In this document: piece after piece, positions 58,711-64,000 of the stretch
Numbering within the stretch: the stretch's first letter is position 1
How the letters are laid out: each line of letters begins with the position of its first letter
Origin: an uncultured Rivularia sp.
GTDB taxonomy: Bacteria > Cyanobacteriota > Cyanobacteriia > Cyanobacteriales > Nostocaceae
Direction: 5' to 3'
Length of the DNA: 64,000 nucleotides
Assembly (NCBI GenBank): GCA_963665115.1
Contig: OY762007.1
Coordinates: forward strand, 5,024,001-5,088,000
Program-made: the position numbers and the translations under genes
Notes under the pieces: generated by a model
The model's database searches: none
Told to the model about the DNA's origin: nothing
The model's input: the letters and a program-made list of their open reading frames with translations, nothing else

Positions 58711-59799
58711 ATGGGTAATACTTTCGGTAATTTATTTCGCGTTACTACTTTCGGCGAATCTCACGGTGGTGGTGTGGGAGTGATAATTGATGGTTGTCCG
58801 CCGCAACTGGAAATTTCTGCCGAGGAGATTCAAGTAGAATTAGATAGAAGGCGACCTGGACAAAGTAAAATTACAACACCTCGTAAAGAAGCCGATCGCT
58901 GTGAAATTCTTTCGGGGGTGTTTCAGGGACAAACTTTAGGTACGCCAATTTCAATTTTGGTCAAGAATAAAGATACTCGTCCCCAAGATTACAGCGAAAT
59001 GGTGCAAATGTACCGCCCTTCCCACGCTGACGCTACTTATGATGCAAAATACGGCATTCGTAACTATCAAGGTGGTGGTAGATCCTCGGCGCGAGAGACA
59101 ATTGGCAGAGTCGCAGCAGGGGCGATCGCCAAAAAAATTCTCCATCAAGTTGCTGGTGTGGAAATCATCGGTTACGTCAAGCGCATCAAGGATTTGGAAG
59201 GCGAAGTTGATGCAGAAAAAGTTACTTTAGAACAAGTTGAAAGCAATATCGTCCGCTGCCCCGATACTGAATGTGCCGAGCGGATGATTGAATTAATCGA
59301 ACAAGTTGGTAGAGATGGTAATTCCATCGGTGGAGTAGTAGAATGCGTAGCGCGGAAAGTTCCGAAAGGATTGGGTGAACCAGTTTTTGATAAATTGGAA
59401 GCCGATATCGCTAAAGGTGTAATGTCCCTTCCCGCTAGTAAAGGCTTTGAAATTGGTTCTGGTTTCGCCGGAACTTTGCTTACCGGAATCGAACACAATG
59501 ACGAATTTTACACCGACGAAGAAGGTAATATTCGTACAGTGACGAATCGCTCTGGAGGAATTCAAGGCGGAATATCCAATGGCGAGAACATTATAATTCG
59601 CGTAGCATTCAAGCCCACGGCAACTATTAGAAAAGAACAAAATACAGTTACAAAAACGGGTGAATCTGGAGTTTTAGCTGCAAAAGGAAGACACGACCCC
59701 TGCGTATTACCACGGGCAGTTCCGATGGTGGAAGCTATGGTTGCTTTGGTATTGTGCGACCATTTATTGAGATTTCAAGGGCAGTGTAAAGTTTTATGA
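58711..59799 (+). CDS. aroC: chorismate synthase
   Basis: [39 protein letters not shown]. Confidence 0.98.
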   Translation: MGNTFGNLFRVTTFGESHGGGVGVIIDGCPPQLEISAEEIQVELDRRRPGQSKITTPRKEADRCEILSGVFQGQTLGTPISILVKNKDTRPQDYSEMVQMYRPSHADATYDAKYGIRNYQGGGRSSARETIGRVAAGAIAKKILHQVAGVEIIGYVKRIKDLEGEVDAEKVTLEQVESNIVRCPDTECAERMIELIEQVGRDGNSIGGVVECVARKVPKGLGEPVFDKLEADIAKGVMSLPASKGFEIGSGFAGTLLTGIEHNDEFYTDEEGNIRTVTNRSGGIQGGISNGENIIIRVAFKPTATIRKEQNTVTKTGESGVLAAKGRHDPCVLPRAVPMVEAMVALVLCDHLLRFQGQCKVL

Positions 59800-59812
59800 A
59801 TAATACTGGTTC

Positions 59813-59880
59813 GTAGTAAGGACTTTAGTCCTCTTCGTAAACGGAAACACTGCTTAAGAGAGCGATAAATCGCTTACTAC
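59813..59880. repeat. REP doublet GTAGTAAGGACTTTAGTCCT...GCGATAAATCGCTTACTAC
   Basis: Same family as 20525-20572. Confidence 0.7.
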
Positions 59881-60959
59881 GAACAAAGAATTTCTTCTTT
59901 AATTTCTTCAGGTGTTTTTCCTTTAGTATAAATTACCTGTTTTGCTAACTTATGATTTGAAGGATGAGTCATGAAAAAACGGTTGATTTCTACACCGTTG
60001 ATTGTAAGCTGATTTCGCTGTTTCAAAATATCAACCGACTCATCTAAATCTGAAGAAGGTAACAATAATACAACATTTTTATAGGGAGAAAGTAATTCAA
60101 CGGCGCGAGCAAAATCGGCATCATTTTCATACACAGAATGTCCCGCTCCAAAATCAATTACACAATTACTGTGTTCTGATAAAAGACGTTCAATTCCATA
60201 GAGTTCAAATCGCTTCCAATAGCGGTAAACTCCTGCAAAACCTTGTCGATCGCGTATTTGTTTTTGTGTATCGGCATCCCAACCAATTTCTTTATAATAT
60301 TCCCACCTAATGTCATCCATAGAAACTTGGGGAAGATTAAGTTTTTGCGATAAAAGTTTACCAATCGTGCTTTTACCCGTACCTTCCGGGCCAATTAAAA
60401 TAATATCAGAATCGCTGGGATTAATTTTACTCAGAACATCTTCACAGGTTTGCTCTGGTGTTTTATCTTTCGTGTAAATAACATACTTTGCTAAATCGTG
60501 ATTGGAATGATGTTTAACAAAATGTTCGTTAATTGGCATTCCATTAACTATCGCAGTATTACTTTCTTCAAGTACTCGTAATGACTCTTCTATATCGGAA
60601 GAATATACAAGCAAAATAACATGAGTTAATGGTTGTAGAATTTTTTCAATCTTTTCTAATTGAGAATCATCATATATAGATTGTTCGGGAGCAAATTCTA
60701 TTACAGATTCTTGATGTTCGGATAAAACTCGTTCAATTGCATAAGCATTAAATGGCATCATGTAGCGATAAAAGCCATCACCACCGTTTTCTTCCCAAGC
60801 TTGTTCTTGTTGCGTTCGATTAAAACCTATTTCCAGATAGTATTTCTCACTAATATCTTCTAAGAAAACAAAAGGTAAATTTAGTTGCTCTGCTAATAAC
60901 TTTCCTACAGAGGTTTTATATGTATTTGATGAACCTATAAGTACAATTGGTAAATTCAT
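59877..60959 (-). CDS. tandem-duplicated shikimate-kinase-like P-loop protein
   Basis: Two homologous halves: VLIGSSNTYKTSVGKLL and ILIGPEGTGKSTIGKLL, each ending SNH.LAK.VIYTK.KTPE. Confidence 0.85.
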   Translation of the reverse strand: MNLPIVLIGSSNTYKTSVGKLLAEQLNLPFVFLEDISEKYYLEIGFNRTQQEQAWEENGGDGFYRYMMPFNAYAIERVLSEHQESVIEFAPEQSIYDDSQLEKIEKILQPLTHVILLVYSSDIEESLRVLEESNTAIVNGMPINEHFVKHHSNHDLAKYVIYTKDKTPEQTCEDVLSKINPSDSDIILIGPEGTGKSTIGKLLSQKLNLPQVSMDDIRWEYYKEIGWDADTQKQIRDRQGFAGVYRYWKRFELYGIERLLSEHSNCVIDFGAGHSVYENDADFARAVELLSPYKNVVLLLPSSDLDESVDILKQRNQLTINGVEINRFFMTHPSNHKLAKQVIYTKGKTPEEIKEEILCS

Positions 60960-61029
60960 TACTTAAATACCTTTTAATAAAACACGAAAATTTTTGATAA
61001 TAGATTGAATATTGTACCAAAGTAGCATT

Positions 61030-61410
61030 ATGGATAATAACTCACCCAAACTCAAAAATCTCAGTCCCCTAATTCCTGCTGGTAAAGATGTCGAAAAATC
61101 CATCGAATTCTACGAAAAATTGGGTTTTATGACAACTCATACAGAAGGTAAACCGCTAAAAATGGCGATTGTTGAACGGGATGACATACAAATTTTTCTC
61201 GTTCAAAATGACTATAAGCATCTTGCTGAGGAAATATCCTTGCGGATTCGAGTTGAAGGTATTGAACAGCTTTATGAAGAATTTTTAGCAAAGGGGGAAG
61301 ATATAATTCATCCCAACGGCAAACTAGAAGCTAAACCTTGGCGTTGCAAAGAATTTGTAGTTTTAGATAAAGCAGGTGTTTGTATTACCTTCTATGATTT
61401 TGTGAAGTGA
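61030..61410 (+). CDS. VOC/glyoxalase (bleomycin-resistance-like) protein
   Basis: DVEKSIEFYEKLGF...KPWRCKEFVVLDKAG. Confidence 0.85.
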   Translation: MDNNSPKLKNLSPLIPAGKDVEKSIEFYEKLGFMTTHTEGKPLKMAIVERDDIQIFLVQNDYKHLAEEISLRIRVEGIEQLYEEFLAKGEDIIHPNGKLEAKPWRCKEFVVLDKAGVCITFYDFVK

Positions 61411-61572
61411 TGGATTAATTACGAATTACGACTTATTAATTTGCTTCACAAGTCATAGTAAAAGCTGCCCAATCTCTAGGTGCGGGATACGGATAAAAAA
61501 GCCGCAGAGACGCAGAGAGCGCAGAGGAAGAGATACAGAGAATTTAGGCAGTTTACACCCAAAAACGACCCA

Positions 61573-61624
61573 TTCAACCCACTTAGGTGGGTTTTGTTTG
61601 TGTAGCTGCGGTTTCAACCGCCGG
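61573..61624 (-). repeat. two-hairpin REP element, inverted copy
   Basis: Reverse complement reads GGCGGTTGAAACCGCAGCTACACAAACAAAACCCACCTAAGTGGGTTGAA. Confidence 0.8.
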
Positions 61625-61708
61625 GTAAAACAATCCAAAATCGATACACCAGATACATTTATCTACTAACATGAAGAAATGTAAAGCACACTACCTCCAA
61701 AACAACCA

Positions 61709-61978
61709 ATGCTAATTGTAGGATTGCTCGCTGCAACTTTAACTACCACTGCTTTTTTGCCGCAGATGATCAAAACCTGGCAATCTAAGTCAGCGAATGA
61801 TGTTTCTTACGCCATGTTAATTACATTTATTATTGGTGTTTTTTTATGGTTGATATACGGAATTCTGAATCAGGATATCCCGGTTATTTTGGCTAATGCT
61901 TTTACTTTACTTTTTAACCTGGCAATTCTTTATCTTAAAATTAAATATGAAAAAACTCCCCAAACAAAACGCCTGTGA
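61709..61978 (+). CDS. SemiSWEET/PQ-loop transporter
   Basis: TTTAFLPQMIKTWQSKSANDVS...LWLIYG...PVILAN. Confidence 0.92.
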   Translation: MLIVGLLAATLTTTAFLPQMIKTWQSKSANDVSYAMLITFIIGVFLWLIYGILNQDIPVILANAFTLLFNLAILYLKIKYEKTPQTKRL

Positions 61979-63610
61979 CATCCGATTTATTTGCTAAGGA
62001 ACGCCTTTTATTTACTCCCGCGACTCCCGATACCGATGCTATTCCCGTTATTTTTGCTTTTCCCAATGAATACACTGTGGGAATTACTAGCTTGGGTTAT
62101 CAGGTGGTGTGGGCTACTTTGGCGATGCGTGCGGATTTACAGGTGAGTCGCTTGTTTACCGATATCAGCGAAACTCTGCCCCGAAACCCGGAAATATTAG
62201 GTTTTTCGATGTCGTGGGAGTTGGATTATGTCAATATTATGAATTTGTTGGAATCTTTGGATATTCCGATTAGAGGGAGCGATCGCCAAAATAATCATCC
62301 TATAGTTTTTGGTGGTGGCCCCGGTTTTAACGGCTAATCCCGAACCTTATGCTGATTTTTTCGATGTGGTTTTGCTCGGAGATGGCGAAAATCTGTTAAA
62401 TGATTTTATTAATGCTTATAAAGAAGTTAGAAACGCGGATAGGGAAACCAAGTTAAAAGCACTTGCACAAGTACCGGGAATTTACGTACCTAGTTTGTAT
62501 GAAGTTGAGTATTTTAGTTTAGATGGTGCGATCAAATCTATCAAACCAATTTCATCAGATATTCCCGCAGAAGTACACAAGCAAACTTATCGTGGAAACA
62601 CTTTATCGGCATCTACGGTAGTAACAGAAAAAGCGGCTTGGGAAAACATTTTCATGGTGGAAGTAGTCAGAAGCTGTCCGGAAATGTGTCGTTTTTGTTT
62701 GGCAAGTTATCTCACTTTACCTTTTAGAACTGCCAGTTTAAATGATTCATTGATTCCGGCAATTGAAAGAGGTTTACAAGTAACAAATCGTTTGGGATTA
62801 TTAGGCGCTTCGGTAACTCAGCATCCCGAATTTGAGACTTTATTAGAATATATAAATCAGCCAAAATACGAAGATGTACGTTTAAGTATCGCTTCAGTGA
62901 GAACCAATACGGTGACAGAAGAATTAGCTAAAACATTGGCTCAAAGAGGAACTAAATCCTTGACAATTGCCGTGGAAAGTGGTTCGGAAAAAGTTAGAAA
63001 AATTATTAATAAAAAGCTTGAGCAAGAAGATATAATCAAAGCCGCAGAAAATGCTAAAAAAGGCGGATTGAAAGGTTTAAAACTTTATGGAATGGTAGGA
63101 ATTCCGGGTGAAACAGCAGAGGATTTAGATGCAACTGTAACGATGATGCAGAATCTTAAAAAAGCTGCTCCGGGATTGCGGCTTACTTTAGGATGCAGTA
63201 CTTTTGTACCCAAAGCCCATACACCTTTTCAATGGTTTGGAGTGAATAAAGAAGCAGAAAAACGATTGAAATTATTGCAGAAAAAGTTAAAGCCCCAAGG
63301 AATAGATTTTCGTCCGGAAAGCTACAACTGGTCGATAATTCAAACGCTGTTGTCAAGGGGAGATAGAAGATTATCCCGACTTTTGCAACTAACCCGCAAC
63401 TTTGGCGATTCTTTAGGTAGCTACAAACGTGCTTTCAAAGAACTAAAAGGACAAATTCCCCCCTTAGACTTTTACGTTTACGAAAATTGGTCAACCGAGC
63501 AAATATTACCTTGGAATCACTTGCAAGGACCGCTACCGCAATCTACACTGCAAAAGCATCTGAATGAAGCAGTTACCAGTTACCAGTTACCAGTTACCAG
63601 TTACCAGTAA
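61975..63610 (+). CDS. B12-binding-domain radical SAM protein; +1 frameshift at 62319-62322
   Basis: GGPVLTANPEP is restored by deleting one base; CPEMCRFC; FVPKAHTPFQW. Confidence 0.88.
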
Positions 63611-63707
63611 AAAGTTAGGGAATTGAGCCGCAGGGCATGGTAAATAGTTAAGAGTTGGAAGTTATGATTTTTAACCTTTAACCTTTAACCTTTAACCTTT
63701 GACCTTT
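63571..63707. repeat. STRR tracts (AGTTACC)n and (TTTAACC)n
   Basis: Tandem heptamers; the first tract is translated as the radical SAM C-terminus. Confidence 0.85.
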
Positions 63708-63711
63708 AATT

Positions 63712-63900
63712 ATGCAAAATACTGCACAATATTACTGTGCCTATTGCGGCGAACCAAATTTAACTTTTATTGATATTAGCCAGGGTTTTCAACAATCTTA
63801 TGTAGAAGATTGCCAAGTATGTTGTCGTCCAAACATTTTATATATACGGATTGATGAAGATACACTCGATATCGAAATTGATACAGACTACGAAGAGTAA
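63712..63900 (+). CDS. CPXCG-motif cysteine-rich small protein
   Basis: CAYCGE...YVEDCQVCCRP. Confidence 0.88.
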   Translation: MQNTAQYYCAYCGEPNLTFIDISQGFQQSYVEDCQVCCRPNILYIRIDEDTLDIEIDTDYEE

Positions 63901-63939
63901 ATAACTGATAATTGTTCATTGATAATTGCTCATTGATTA

Positions 63940-64000
63940 ATGTTGGATTTTAAACACTCCTCAATTATTAACGCACCTGTAGAAGTTGTTTGGAAGTTTC
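63940..64000 (+). CDS. SRPBCC-family protein, N-terminus only (runs off the window)
   Basis: MLDFKHSSIINAPVEVVWKF. Confidence 0.65.
   Translation, partial: MLDFKHSSIINAPVEVVWKF

Noticed and set aside
1720..59640. Numerous antisense ORFs inside argB, rnb, ycf48, the WD40 gene, ftsZ, gshB, psbA and aroC
   Set aside because: Shadow ORFs on the opposite strand of well-supported genes
1..64000. tRNA, rRNA, tmRNA, RNase P or SRP RNA genes
   Set aside because: No hallmark motifs recognised by eye; an Rfam/tRNAscan run would be needed to exclude them fully

Overview
This is AT-rich chromosomal DNA from a filamentous, probably heterocyst-forming cyanobacterium (Nostocales, inferred from HIP1 octamers, 7-8 nt STRR repeats, gene order and the N-terminally extended FtsZ). 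Most of the window is core genome: argB, aroK, ubiX, an RNase R family gene, ndhCKJ, rubA-ycf48-psbEFLJ, psaI, sigF, psbO, ftsQ-ftsZ, gshB-grxC, hflX, cofG, psbA and aroC. The most notable region is a ~10.4 kb signalling cluster (41.8-52.2 kb). It holds a four-gene operon (coiled-coil protein; roadblock/longin-like + TM + BON + OmpA protein; Rab-like small GTPase; PAS hybrid histidine kinase with Hpt), a divergent PatA-type regulator, and a multi-receiver/wHTH protein with a degenerate GGDEF domain. Also present: a P-loop ATPase + TPR/STAND/WD40 gene pair, a sensor-less NB-ARC protein, a PilP-like lipoprotein next to sigF, and a tandem pseudokinase-kinase. Several families of tiny palindromic elements insert into one another and, once, in frame into a gene. 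Six genes, including ftsZ, carry +1 homopolymer frameshifts that are most likely sequencing or assembly errors. I found no rRNA, tRNA, CRISPR array or intact transposase. All calls come from reading the sequence; no searches were run.
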